This document shows, piece by piece, positions 43,664 through 54,974 of a DNA stretch of 64,000 bases. Position 1 is the first letter of the stretch; each line of letters begins with the position of its first letter. Under the pieces are notes generated by a model that ran no database searches, had not been told where the DNA came from, and worked only from the letters and a program-made list of their open reading frames with translations. Source of the stretch: Candidatus Limnocylindrales bacterium (GTDB lineage: Bacteria > Chloroflexota > Limnocylindria > Limnocylindrales > CSP1-4); assembly GCA_038327765.1 (NCBI GenBank), contig JBBQLI010000002.1, positions 933 through 64,932 of the forward strand, in the 5' to 3' direction. A program made the position numbers and the translations under genes.

Positions 43664-45324
43664 CGTCAGCGGCGGTCCACAGCGCGACGACCGCGAGGCG
43701 ACTGACGGCGGTCGCCATCTCGCTCTGGCTCTCGCTGGCCGGCACCGGCACGGCCCAGGCCGCCGGGATCCAGCTTGCTGCTGAGCCCGGCTCGCTCCAT
43801 CGGGCGCTCCTCTATCACCTCGACTTCGCCACCGACGTCGATGGCACGCCGATCGACGAAGGCGACACGTTCCAGGCTGGGATCCCGCGCGTGCTGACGC
43901 TGCTTGGCTGGGACCACGTGCCGTCCGGGACCTCGCTCCGCCTCCGCATCTACGCAGACAGCCGGCTCGTGTATGACGACACCCGACCGGTCACCCGCGA
44001 GGACGATGGCGGGTTCGTGTTCGATCTCGAGCCGTCCGGCGGCGTCCCTGCCGGCGCGTACGTCGCGCAGCTCGACTACAACGGCGTGCCCGATGAGATC
44101 GCGACGTTCGCCGTGATCCCCGCCGGCGCAGCGCCCGGGCCTGGCACGACGACACCGACCCCGGCTGGCCGCTCGAGCCTCACGGGCCCGGTCCCGTACG
44201 CGAATCCCGCCGACGTCCTGGTCGTGACGCGCGCATCCGTGCTCCGGCGGACGCTCGGCGCACGAGCCGATGCGGTCCTCGCCGCCGCGGCCAAGGTCGG
44301 CACGCTACGCGACCTCGAGGCCGATGGGGTCAAGCGCGCGACTCCGGACGCGGCCATCGAGGAGGTCCATCGCCTCCTGCGGGCCGGTCGCTATCGCTAC
44401 CTGCTGATCCTGGGCAACGACGACGCGGTGCCGTACGCCCACATGGCGAACCCGGTGGCCGCTGACGAGCGCGATGTGCTCGACAGCTGGGATCTCCCGG
44501 CCGACTGGGTCCCCTCCGACGACCCGTACACGGACCTGGACGGAGATCAGTGGACGATCCCGGACATCGCCATCGCCCGCATCCCTAGCAGTGATGACGC
44601 GGATCTGCTCCTCACCCAGCTCGGGGTGAACATCCCGACGGACAACGGCGGATTCGCCCTGATCAACCAGAAACGCCGTGGCGTCGCCGAGCCCGTCCTC
44701 GAGACGATGGCCGGCGCGATGGATCTCGACCGGCACTACACGCCGCCGACGACGCCCGCCTCGATCCCGGCGACCTCGCGAGCGGCACGCTACACGTACA
44801 TCCTGCTCCACGGGATCGGCGTCACCACCGATAGCTGGGTCTCGGACCTGGTGGCGTGGTCGCCGGAGGACATCAAGAACCTCGACGGGTCGTGGATCGT
44901 GAAGGCAGGCGGGCAGGTCGACGCGATCGGCGTCGCCCAGGCCGGGGTGGCTGGCGGGATCGTGGACGTCGGCGCGTGCTACGGCGGATGGACGCTCGAC
45001 ACGATCCAGGCGCCGACGCACAAGACAGCCGCAAACGATCTTGCGCTGGATTACCTGCGATCAGGGACGCGCGCCTACGTCGCCGATACGCATATCTCGT
45101 ACAGCGCGCCGATCGGCCTCGACGGCGTCCCGGTGGCGCGGACCGGCTTCGAGCTGCTGTTCTGGCGCGCGGTCGTGGCGGGCGCATCGCCGATCGATGC
45201 GTTCCAGGCGGCCAAGGTGGGCTTGGGCAGGGCGCTCGATGCGGCCGTCGCGGCGGGCGACAGCGACGCGGCCGCGCTCGACTACAAGACCATCGAGATC
45301 ATGGGCTACCTGGGCCGGCCGTGA
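43660..45324 (+). CDS. Secreted clan-CD cysteine peptidase-like protein (peptidase C25 / caspase-like fold)
   Basis: ATGA overlap with the prsW stop. The signal TTARRLTAVAISLWLSLAGTGTAQA may be Tat-type. A C25-like block follows: YRYLLILGNDDAVPY...SDDPYTDLDGDQWTIPDIAIARIP. The His-Gly and Ala-Cys dyads are each preceded by hydrophobic strands (YTYILLHGIG; GIVDVGACYGG). Confidence 0.6.
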   Translation: MTSAAVHSATTARRLTAVAISLWLSLAGTGTAQAAGIQLAAEPGSLHRALLYHLDFATDVDGTPIDEGDTFQAGIPRVLTLLGWDHVPSGTSLRLRIYADSRLVYDDTRPVTREDDGGFVFDLEPSGGVPAGAYVAQLDYNGVPDEIATFAVIPAGAAPGPGTTTPTPAGRSSLTGPVPYANPADVLVVTRASVLRRTLGARADAVLAAAAKVGTLRDLEADGVKRATPDAAIEEVHRLLRAGRYRYLLILGNDDAVPYAHMANPVAADERDVLDSWDLPADWVPSDDPYTDLDGDQWTIPDIAIARIPSSDDADLLLTQLGVNIPTDNGGFALINQKRRGVAEPVLETMAGAMDLDRHYTPPTTPASIPATSRAARYTYILLHGIGVTTDSWVSDLVAWSPEDIKNLDGSWIVKAGGQVDAIGVAQAGVAGGIVDVGACYGGWTLDTIQAPTHKTAANDLALDYLRSGTRAYVADTHISYSAPIGLDGVPVARTGFELLFWRAVVAGASPIDAFQAAKVGLGRALDAAVAAGDSDAAALDYKTIEIMGYLGRP

Positions 45325-45665
45325 CGGCGCACGGGCGCCTGATCGGAGCGTGGACCACCGCGCTCGTAGCCGGCTGGCTGGCGGTCGCCCTGCTGGGCGG
45401 ACCCGTGGCGACTGCGGCGGACGACCTGGGGGCGGCGCTCCACCCCGCCACCCCGGTGACCGAGGCGATCGCACGGACCAGCGCCGCGACCATCATCCGC
45501 CTCCAGTACCAGGAACTGACCGCGCTCGAGCCGACAGTCACGCACGCCACGGACTTCGGCGGCGATCGCTGGGTGCTCGTCTATGCCCGGTCGAACCCGG
45601 TCTCGGGTGTCCGCGTCTCGATCGACACGGTCCGTGGAGTGGTCCGCCTCACGAACTTCCCCTGA
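45321..45665 (+). CDS. Small exported/membrane-anchored PepSY-like protein
   Basis: GTGA overlap with the preceding stop. The N-terminal hydrophobic segment reads LIGAWTTALVAGWLAVALLGG. The C-terminus reads DRWVLVYARSNPVSGVRVSIDTVRGVVRLTNF, which resembles the PepSY pattern (Y.v......v.vDa.tG.v). Confidence 0.5.
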   Translation: MTAHGRLIGAWTTALVAGWLAVALLGGPVATAADDLGAALHPATPVTEAIARTSAATIIRLQYQELTALEPTVTHATDFGGDRWVLVYARSNPVSGVRVSIDTVRGVVRLTNFP

Positions 45666-45686
45666 CGTCCTCCCCTTCCCCTTCGG

Positions 45687-45711
45687 CAAGATTGCGTCGG
45701 ATGCAATCTTG
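45687..45711. terminator. 9-bp perfect hairpin in a low-GC convergent gap (possible bidirectional terminator)
   Basis: caagattgc-gtcggat-gcaatcttg, 22 nt after the PepSY-like stop. The Rieske gene ends at 45877 on the other strand. Confidence 0.5.
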
Positions 45712-45876
45712 TCCGGTCCGTCATGGGTGCGGCGATGGAACCGTGCGCTCGGCGCACGATCTGACGGTCCGGATCCGCTCCGTTGTCGGACCCATGCGTG
45801 AGACGCACACGATGCCGGTCGGCCACGAGTCCGACCGATATAGATTGCATTTCGTGCAAGGAGCCCTTGGGGCGCC

Positions 45877-47055
45877 CTACCCGATCGTGGGGTGGCCCAT
45901 CTCGCGGCGGTAGCGCTCGTTGAAGTCGAACAGGAACCGGTCCTGGCGCGGGTAGATGCCGGTCGTGTAGGCGCGCGAGGAGACCCCGGTCTGGGCTCGC
46001 TCGCAGACGAGCCAGTCCTGCTTCGAGATGAGGTCCCACAGCTCCACGACCGGTTCCGGCTTGAATGACGCCGAGGCGATCGTCTCGGGTCGAAACAGGT
46101 ACTCGGAGACCACGGTGGTGTGCCCGGGGCCGCGCGGATAGAGGATGTAGTACATCGCGCTGTCCGGGTGCAGGTTCAGGAGCAGGTTCGGGAACTGGAA
46201 GGTGCCGTAGTACATGCTGTAGTCGTCGAGCTGGAGGTCCGGGAAGCGCGGCAGCTCGGACTGCCCCGACTTCGTGAAGCTGGTCGCGCCCTCGATCATC
46301 CAGTTGCCGTCGTCGTGGGTCTCCTCGTCCCAGACCTCGCCGAACCGGTAGAGCGGGACCACCGCCACCAGCTCGGGATGAACGGTCGGGCAGTGCAGGC
46401 ACTCGTTGTAGTTCTCGACCACGATCTTCCAGTTGGCCTTGACCTCGTAGACGATGCGCACGCCGACGCGCAGCTCATCCAGCTTGTAGCGATCGAAGTT
46501 CGTGATGCTCTCGGTGCCCTCGGATAGCGCCGTCAGCAGGGGCTCCGGCGTCTCGGACAGGTTCACGAAGATGAACCCGCCGTACTCCCCCACTCCGACC
46601 GCATGGAGCGGGTAGTCGGCTCGGTCGAAGGTCTCATCCTGGTCCACGTTCGGCGTCCCGACGAGCTTCCCGTCGAGGTCGTACGACCACGCGTGGTACG
46701 GACACTTGAAGACCTTGCTGACGTGGCCACAGGACGGCTCGTCGTCGAGGAGCTTGGTGCCACGGTGGGCACATACGTTGTAGAACGCGTGCAGCTCCCC
46801 GGCCCGGTTGCGAGCGATGAAGATCGACTCGCCCGCGACGTCGCGCACGAGGTAGTCGCCCGTTCGTGGCACGTCCTCGCCGCGGCCGACACAGATCCAG
46901 CCGCCGAACCAGATCCGTTCGCGCTCCTCGGCGTAGGTGGCCTGGCTGGCGTATTCGGTGCCGGAGAGCGTCGGGCGCGGCTGCCACTTCGGCCCGCGCA
47001 AGTGCTCGCGCCGCTCATTGCGGTCGGCCGTCGGTCGAGGCTGGGTCTGCGTCAT
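45877..47055 (-). CDS. Rieske [2Fe-2S] non-heme-iron oxygenase, alpha/oxygenase subunit
   Basis: Rieske motif CAHRGTKL...CPYHAWSY. Mononuclear iron site NECLHCPTVHPEL. Confidence 0.85.
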   Translation of the reverse strand: MTQTQPRPTADRNERREHLRGPKWQPRPTLSGTEYASQATYAEERERIWFGGWICVGRGEDVPRTGDYLVRDVAGESIFIARNRAGELHAFYNVCAHRGTKLLDDEPSCGHVSKVFKCPYHAWSYDLDGKLVGTPNVDQDETFDRADYPLHAVGVGEYGGFIFVNLSETPEPLLTALSEGTESITNFDRYKLDELRVGVRIVYEVKANWKIVVENYNECLHCPTVHPELVAVVPLYRFGEVWDEETHDDGNWMIEGATSFTKSGQSELPRFPDLQLDDYSMYYGTFQFPNLLLNLHPDSAMYYILYPRGPGHTTVVSEYLFRPETIASASFKPEPVVELWDLISKQDWLVCERAQTGVSSRAYTTGIYPRQDRFLFDFNERYRREMGHPTIG

Positions 47056-47068
47056 CGTCGTCGACTCC

Positions 47069-48610
47069 TCAGCGGGTCCGGGGAAAGCCGAGGTCGATCC
47101 TGGACGTGCCCGGATCCGGCCAGCGCGAGGTCACGATCTTGGCCCTCGTATAGAACTGGATCCCCTCCGGGCCGTACATGTGCAGGTCGCCGAAGAGCGA
47201 CGACTTCCAGCCACCGAAGCTGTAATAGGCGACCGGGACCGGGATCGGCACGTTGATGCCGACCATGCCGGCGTTCACTTCGAACTGGAACTGCCGCGCC
47301 GCGCCCCCGTCACGGGTGAAGATGGCCGTCCCGTTGCCATATGGGTTGTCGTTGACCAGCCGGACCGCTTCCTCGTAGGTCGCCACGCGCACGACGGTCA
47401 GCACCGGCCCGAAGATCTCGTCGCGGTACGCGTCCATGCCCGTGGTGACATGGTCGATGAGGCTGACCCCGAGGTAGAAGCCATCGGACTCGTCGTAGAG
47501 CGGGTGCTCGCGACCGTCCGCGACCACCGTGGCGCCCTGCTCCGCGCTCGAGGAGAGGTAGCTGGCCACCTTGTCGCGGTGCTGCTTCGTGACCAGCGGC
47601 CCCATCTCGGAGCTCGGGTCCGACCCCGGGCCCACCTTGATCTTCGGGAGCCTGGCGTTGATGGCGGCGACCAGCGGATCCGCGACGTCCCCGACCGCCA
47701 CGATCGTGGCGATCGCCATGCACCGTTCCCCGGCGGAGCCGTAGCCGGCGGAGATGGCCGCGTCGGCGGCCATGTCGATATCCGCATCCGGCAGCACGAT
47801 CATGTGATTCTTGGCCCCACCGAGGGCCTGGATGCGCTTGCCGGCCTTCGTGCCGGTCTCGTAGATGTAGCGGGCGATCGGCGTCGAACCGACGAAGCTG
47901 ACGGCCGCGATGTCGGGGTGGGCGAGGATCGCATCCACGGCCACCTTGTCGCCGTGGATGACGTTGAAGACCCCGTCCGGGACACCGGCATCGGCGAGCA
48001 GCCGAGCCATGAAGTCGGCCGCGGACGGATCCTTCTCCGAGGGCTTCAGGATGAAGGTGTTGCCGGTCGCCAGGGCTGTCGCGAACATCCACATCGGCAC
48101 CATCGCCGGGAAATTGAACGGAGTGATGCCGGCGACCACGCCCAGGGGCTGGCGGATCTGGTAGACATCGACGCCGGTGCTCACCTGTTCGCTGAACCCG
48201 CCCTTCAGCAGGTTCGGGACGCCACAGGCGAATTCAAGGTTCTCAAGGCCGCGGGCGATCTCGCCGAGCGCATCGGACGGGACCTTGCCGTGCTCCGAGG
48301 TCAGGAGCGCCGCGAGCTCGATCCTCCGCTGCTCCACGAGATTCCGGATCCTGAACATGATGTCGGTGCGCTTCGACAGCGACGTCGCGCGCCAGGCCGG
48401 GAACGCGGCCTTCGCGGCGGCGACCGCAGCGGCGACCTCGTCGACCGAGGCGAAGTCGACATGCTTCGTCACCCGGCCCGTCGCCGGGTCGTAGACGGTA
48501 CCCTCGCGACCCGACGTGCCGGCAACGCTGCGACCACCGATCCAGTGACCGATGCGACCGGTTGGCGGGCTGGCCATATCGACGGCGCCCGACGCTGCGA
48601 CCTGTGTCAT
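47069..48610 (-). CDS. mmsA: CoA-acylating methylmalonate/malonate-semialdehyde dehydrogenase
   Basis: 513 aa ALDH. Sequence: HWIGGRSV...FPAWRATSLSKRTDIMFRIRNLVE...ILKPSEKDP...GERCMA... matches the MmsA subfamily pattern. Confidence 0.85.
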   Translation of the reverse strand: MTQVAASGAVDMASPPTGRIGHWIGGRSVAGTSGREGTVYDPATGRVTKHVDFASVDEVAAAVAAAKAAFPAWRATSLSKRTDIMFRIRNLVEQRRIELAALLTSEHGKVPSDALGEIARGLENLEFACGVPNLLKGGFSEQVSTGVDVYQIRQPLGVVAGITPFNFPAMVPMWMFATALATGNTFILKPSEKDPSAADFMARLLADAGVPDGVFNVIHGDKVAVDAILAHPDIAAVSFVGSTPIARYIYETGTKAGKRIQALGGAKNHMIVLPDADIDMAADAAISAGYGSAGERCMAIATIVAVGDVADPLVAAINARLPKIKVGPGSDPSSEMGPLVTKQHRDKVASYLSSSAEQGATVVADGREHPLYDESDGFYLGVSLIDHVTTGMDAYRDEIFGPVLTVVRVATYEEAVRLVNDNPYGNGTAIFTRDGGAARQFQFEVNAGMVGINVPIPVPVAYYSFGGWKSSLFGDLHMYGPEGIQFYTRAKIVTSRWPDPGTSRIDLGFPRTR

Positions 48611-48714
48611 GGGAAGACCTCACCTGGGCGACGCGTCGGCATGCGACGGTCGATGCTGGACCTGATCGCAACGATACTCGGTCGCGGCCGCGAGCCGGGT
48701 CGGCGTCCCATCCC

Positions 48715-49584
48715 TCAGGAAGGGGCCGCTGCCTCCATGACGGGCCGGCCGAGACGCCTGGTCTCCCCTACCAGGACCACGAGGCTCCCGACCGCCACGG
48801 CAACCGCGATGATCGTGCCGACATTGGCCGGTCCGAGCAGCGCCGGGTCTCGCCAGGTGACCGAGACGACGGCACGCGCGATGGCCCACGCCGCGAGTCC
48901 AAGCAGGAACGGTCGCCCGTCGCGCACCGCGAAGGCGCCACTGATGAGGAGTGCGGTCAGCGCGATGGCCAGGATGAGCGCCGCCGTGCCTTCGTAGATC
49001 TGCGACGGCGTGGCGGCGAAGGCCGGCGCCAGCGATCCCCACGGGCCGGGCCCGGCGTAGGCCGTCGCCCATGGCTGGAGAGAGGGCTGGCCCTGGCCGG
49101 CACCGCCGAGGACCATCGCCAGCTTGCCGCCCCCGATGGCGACGAGCAGCGGCACGGTCAGGAGGTGCAGCCAGCGACCGACCGGCGCCCGCAGGAGACG
49201 TGCCACGTAGGCCCCGGTCAGCAGGCCGCCGACCACCCCGAGCCCGAGTTCCATGCCGCCCGCCGACGGATCGAGCAGCGCGCCAGGGTTCGCCCCGTAG
49301 AAATCGAGATGCAGGAAGGCATACCCGAGCCGGCCACCCAGGACCGCGCCAGGGACGACGCCGACCACGATGAACAGCAGGTCATCCGGGCGGAGCTGCG
49401 CCCGGCGGGCCATGAGGCCCGCCACGCTGAGCACGGCGACGATGATCAGCCCGAGGGCGACCGTCTGCCAGCGCACGACCAGGCCGTCGGCGACATGGAG
49501 CACGGGGTCGAAGGCAAGCGTCAGGACGGCGATGGGCACGATGGCAGGAGTGTAGCGAACCGCCGGGTGTCGGCCAGCCGACAC
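48715..49584 (-). CDS. Prolipoprotein diacylglyceryl transferase (Lgt)-family membrane protein, divergent
   Basis: FDPVLHV...VRWQTVALGL, GGRLGYAFLH, GGMELGLGVVGG and PSQIYEG align with Lgt landmarks. The GRLGNFxNGE block, however, reads GGKLAMVLGGAG. Confidence 0.6.
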   Translation of the reverse strand: MSAGRHPAVRYTPAIVPIAVLTLAFDPVLHVADGLVVRWQTVALGLIIVAVLSVAGLMARRAQLRPDDLLFIVVGVVPGAVLGGRLGYAFLHLDFYGANPGALLDPSAGGMELGLGVVGGLLTGAYVARLLRAPVGRWLHLLTVPLLVAIGGGKLAMVLGGAGQGQPSLQPWATAYAGPGPWGSLAPAFAATPSQIYEGTAALILAIALTALLISGAFAVRDGRPFLLGLAAWAIARAVVSVTWRDPALLGPANVGTIIAVAVAVGSLVVLVGETRRLGRPVMEAAAPS

Positions 49585-49725
49585 CTCCGCTGTCAGCCAT
49601 GGGGTCGTCCAGCCGTCACGGGGCGGACATCATCGGGCCAACCGGTGGCGTCTGGGGAAGATCGCCAGCGGGCCCTGGGGGTGACGAGGGGACGGCGGGC
49701 TTGGGGGCCCGCCGGACCCGGACCC

Positions 49726-49759
49726 GACGCCCGGCCCACGGGGGGACGGGCCGGGCGTC
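49726..49759 (+). other. 12-bp perfect GC hairpin 30 nt upstream of the SARP start, inside a G-run-rich divergent promoter region
   Basis: gacgcccggccc-acggggggac-gggccgggcgtc. Upstream, GGGGGTGACGAGGGGACGGCGGGCTTGGGGG (about 49675-49706) is G-quadruplex-capable. Confidence 0.6.
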
Positions 49760-49789
49760 GTCGCATGGACGCGGGGGCGTGCCGACGAC

Positions 49790-50602
49790 ATGACACAACG
49801 CCGACCCACCGGACGTGCCCACCTGCAGGTGGCGCTGCTCGGTCAGCTCGAGGTCAGGACCGGCCACGGGACAGCGGTCGCGCTCGCCGGCCGCCACGCA
49901 CCCGCCCTCTTTGCGATGCTGGTGATCGCGCGCCGTCCGCGCAGTCGCGAGGCGATCGCCGCGGATCTCTGGCCGGACTCGGGTGCGGCATCCATCGGCA
50001 CCCTCCGTCAGGCTCTCTGGCTGATCCGTCGCGGTCTGGTCGAAGCGGACATCCCGCCGGACGACATCCTCGACCTGCGCCCGGATTCGATCGGGCTCCG
50101 ACCCGACGCGCGGCTGGAGGTCGACATCGACCTCTTCGAGCGCTGCCTCGACGACCCGACCTGCGGCCTGGAGCAGGCCGTCGCCCTCTATCGCGGCGAC
50201 CTGGTCGAGGTCCTGGGCCACGACGGGTTCGCGCTGGAACGCGAACGACTCGCCGACCGCTATGAGGACGCGCTGGTCACCGTGGCCGAGCGTCGGCTCC
50301 GCGACGGCGACCTCGACGGTGCCCGCCGCGCGGCCGAGCACGTCCTGGTTCGCGACCCGCTCCGGGAAGAGGCGCACGCCACGCTCATCGCGGTCTACGG
50401 CCAGAGCGGATCGCGTTCCCAGGTGGTCCGCCAGTACCGACGCCTGAGCGTGGTCCTCGCCCGCGAACTCGAGGAACGGCCGCTACCCGAGACGGACGCC
50501 ACCTATCGCCGGGCCATGCTCGATTGCGTCCGCCGCTCGGTGGAACGTTCGCTCGAGCTGGAACCCGAGCGCCTGCCCGCCCTCGTATCGATCCCGCGCT
50601 GA
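49790..50602 (+). CDS. SARP-family (AfsR/DnrI-type) regulator: winged helix + BTAD
   Basis: LQVALLGQLEVRTG...ALFAMLVIARRPRSREAIAADLWPD...LRQALWLIRR...DIDLFERCL...LYRGDLV...REEAHATLIAVYGQSGSRSQVVRQYRRL. Confidence 0.8.
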   Translation: MTQRRPTGRAHLQVALLGQLEVRTGHGTAVALAGRHAPALFAMLVIARRPRSREAIAADLWPDSGAASIGTLRQALWLIRRGLVEADIPPDDILDLRPDSIGLRPDARLEVDIDLFERCLDDPTCGLEQAVALYRGDLVEVLGHDGFALERERLADRYEDALVTVAERRLRDGDLDGARRAAEHVLVRDPLREEAHATLIAVYGQSGSRSQVVRQYRRLSVVLARELEERPLPETDATYRRAMLDCVRRSVERSLELEPERLPALVSIPR

Positions 50603-50606
50603 CGCG

Positions 50607-53209
<2,603 letters not shown>

Positions 53210-53452
53210 GTCGTTCGGGACTCCTGAAGCGCGGACGATCACGATCGATCGACCGGCCGCGCGTGACGCAGGACCTGGGGTCCCGCAGGAGTCGGCTTCC
53301 GCAGTCGTACTTGGCGGGATGCTACCACGTTGCAAGAAGGGCTCGTAAACGTTGCGCCACGGTTGCGGTGCGAAGGGACAACGAGGCACCTCCGCCGCAC
53401 CCACTTGACGGCCGCGCAGAGACGACCCTACAGTCGGGGGACAACCGAAGAC

Positions 53453-53565
53453 GCTCTTATCAAGAGTTGGCTGAGGGACCGGCCCGATGACGCCACGACA
53501 ACCTACCGGCGACGCGTCGGCAAGGTGCCAATTCCGGGCAGGACCCCCTGCAAGATATGGGCCTC
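53453..53565 (+). ncRNA. SAM-I (S-box) riboswitch aptamer
   Basis: CTCTTATCAAGAGTTGGCTGAGGGACCGGCCCGATGACGCC...GGTGCCAATTCCGGGCAGG...CAAGATATGGG shows the P1 CUCUUAUC/AGAUA(U)G, the GAGGGA...GGCCCGAUGA kink-turn/P2 segment and the GGUGCCAAUUCC segment of the S-box consensus. It lies about 85 nt upstream of the metM-like start. A CCTCCC tract just downstream could pair with the GGGAG SD. Confidence 0.85.
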
Positions 53566-53648
53566 CCTCGGAGCCCCTGTTCTGACCTGAAGGTCGTCTG
53601 CCCGTACCCGGTCCCTGGGCTGCTCGCCTTCTGCCCGGGAGCTCCGCG

Positions 53649-54974
53649 ATGACGACGCAGATCCACATCGAACCACCGACGACCGCCGCAGCCGAGGGCG
53701 GCCACGACCGCATCCTCGGCATGCGCTGCCGGAACTGCGGGCGGGCCGAGGCCATCGGTCTGTCCTACGTCTGTCCGGGTTGTTTCGGGCCGCTCGAAGT
53801 GGCCTACGACTACGCGGTCATCGCACGCACCCTGACACGTGCCGCGATCGAGCAACGCGGACCCGGGATCTGGCGCTACGCGGAGCTGCTCCCGGTCGAT
53901 GCGCCCCCGGCGCGCTCCCTGGCCGTCGGATCCACGCCGTTGATCGCCGCCGATCGCCTGGCGCCGTCGCTGGGCGTCGACCGGCTTTGGCTCAAGGACG
54001 ACACGCGTAATCCCTCGTTGAGCTTCAAGGATCGGGCCGTGGCCGTGGCTGTGGCCCGCGCCGTCGAATTCGGTGTCGAGGCCCTTGCCTGCGCATCGAC
54101 CGGCAACCTCGCGGGCGCGACCGCTGCTGCGGCGGCCGCCGTCGGCCTCCCGGCCTACGTCTTCATCCCGTCCGACCTCGAACCGGCCAAGGTCGACCAC
54201 GCCCTCGCGTATGGCGCCACGGTGGTCCCGATCGCCGGCACGTACGACGACGTGAACCGGCTCTGCCTCGAGGTGGCCGATGAGACCGGCTGGGGCTTCG
54301 TCAACATCAACCTGCGACCGTTCTACGCCGAGGGGTCCAAGACCCTCGCCTACGAGATCGCCGAATCGCTCGGCTGGCGCTCTCCGGACGTGGTCGTGGG
54401 ACCGGTCGCCTCAGGCGCGATGTTCACGCGGGTGGCGCGTGGCTTCGAGGAACTCGCCGACCTGGGGCTGATCGAGCGTCGGCCGATCCGTTTCGTCGGC
54501 GCGCAGGCAGCCGGCTGCGCGCCGGTCGCGACCGCGTTCGAGCGCGGCACGGACATCATCGAACCCGTCCGCGAGCCCGCGACCTTCGTCCGTTCGCTCG
54601 CGATCGGGAACCCGGCCGACGGCCGCTACGCCGTGGAGCTCGCGGTGGAGAGCGGCGGATCGATCGAGGCCATCGATGACCCCACGACGGCGGCGCGGAT
54701 CCGCGACGTGGCCCGTCTGGAGGGCATCTACCCCGAGACCGCCGGGGGTGTGACCCTCGGTGCGGTGGCGGCGGCCCGGCGGCGCGGGATCATCCGACCC
54801 GATGACGAGGTCGTGGCACTGCTTACCGGCAACGGCCTCAAGACGCCCGATGCCCGCACCCTGGGGCATGGCGACGGGATCGCCCGTCCCGGAGAGCCCG
54901 GGCTGGCACCGGTACTCCGGCCCAGTCTGAGCGCGTTCGAGGCCTGGCTGAGCGGCGCCGGAAGCCCGCGATGA
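53649..54974 (+). CDS. metM: Threonine-synthase-like PLP enzyme with an N-terminal zinc ribbon (MetM-like, O-phosphohomoserine-dependent homocysteine synthase candidate)
   Basis: Zinc ribbon CRNCGRAEAIGLSYVCPGCFG. PLP-Lys context NPSLSFKDRAV. ThrC fold. It is linked to a SAM riboswitch and a ThiS/MoaD-type carrier. Confidence 0.7.
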   Translation: MTTQIHIEPPTTAAAEGGHDRILGMRCRNCGRAEAIGLSYVCPGCFGPLEVAYDYAVIARTLTRAAIEQRGPGIWRYAELLPVDAPPARSLAVGSTPLIAADRLAPSLGVDRLWLKDDTRNPSLSFKDRAVAVAVARAVEFGVEALACASTGNLAGATAAAAAAVGLPAYVFIPSDLEPAKVDHALAYGATVVPIAGTYDDVNRLCLEVADETGWGFVNINLRPFYAEGSKTLAYEIAESLGWRSPDVVVGPVASGAMFTRVARGFEELADLGLIERRPIRFVGAQAAGCAPVATAFERGTDIIEPVREPATFVRSLAIGNPADGRYAVELAVESGGSIEAIDDPTTAARIRDVARLEGIYPETAGGVTLGAVAAARRRGIIRPDDEVVALLTGNGLKTPDARTLGHGDGIARPGEPGLAPVLRPSLSAFEAWLSGAGSPR

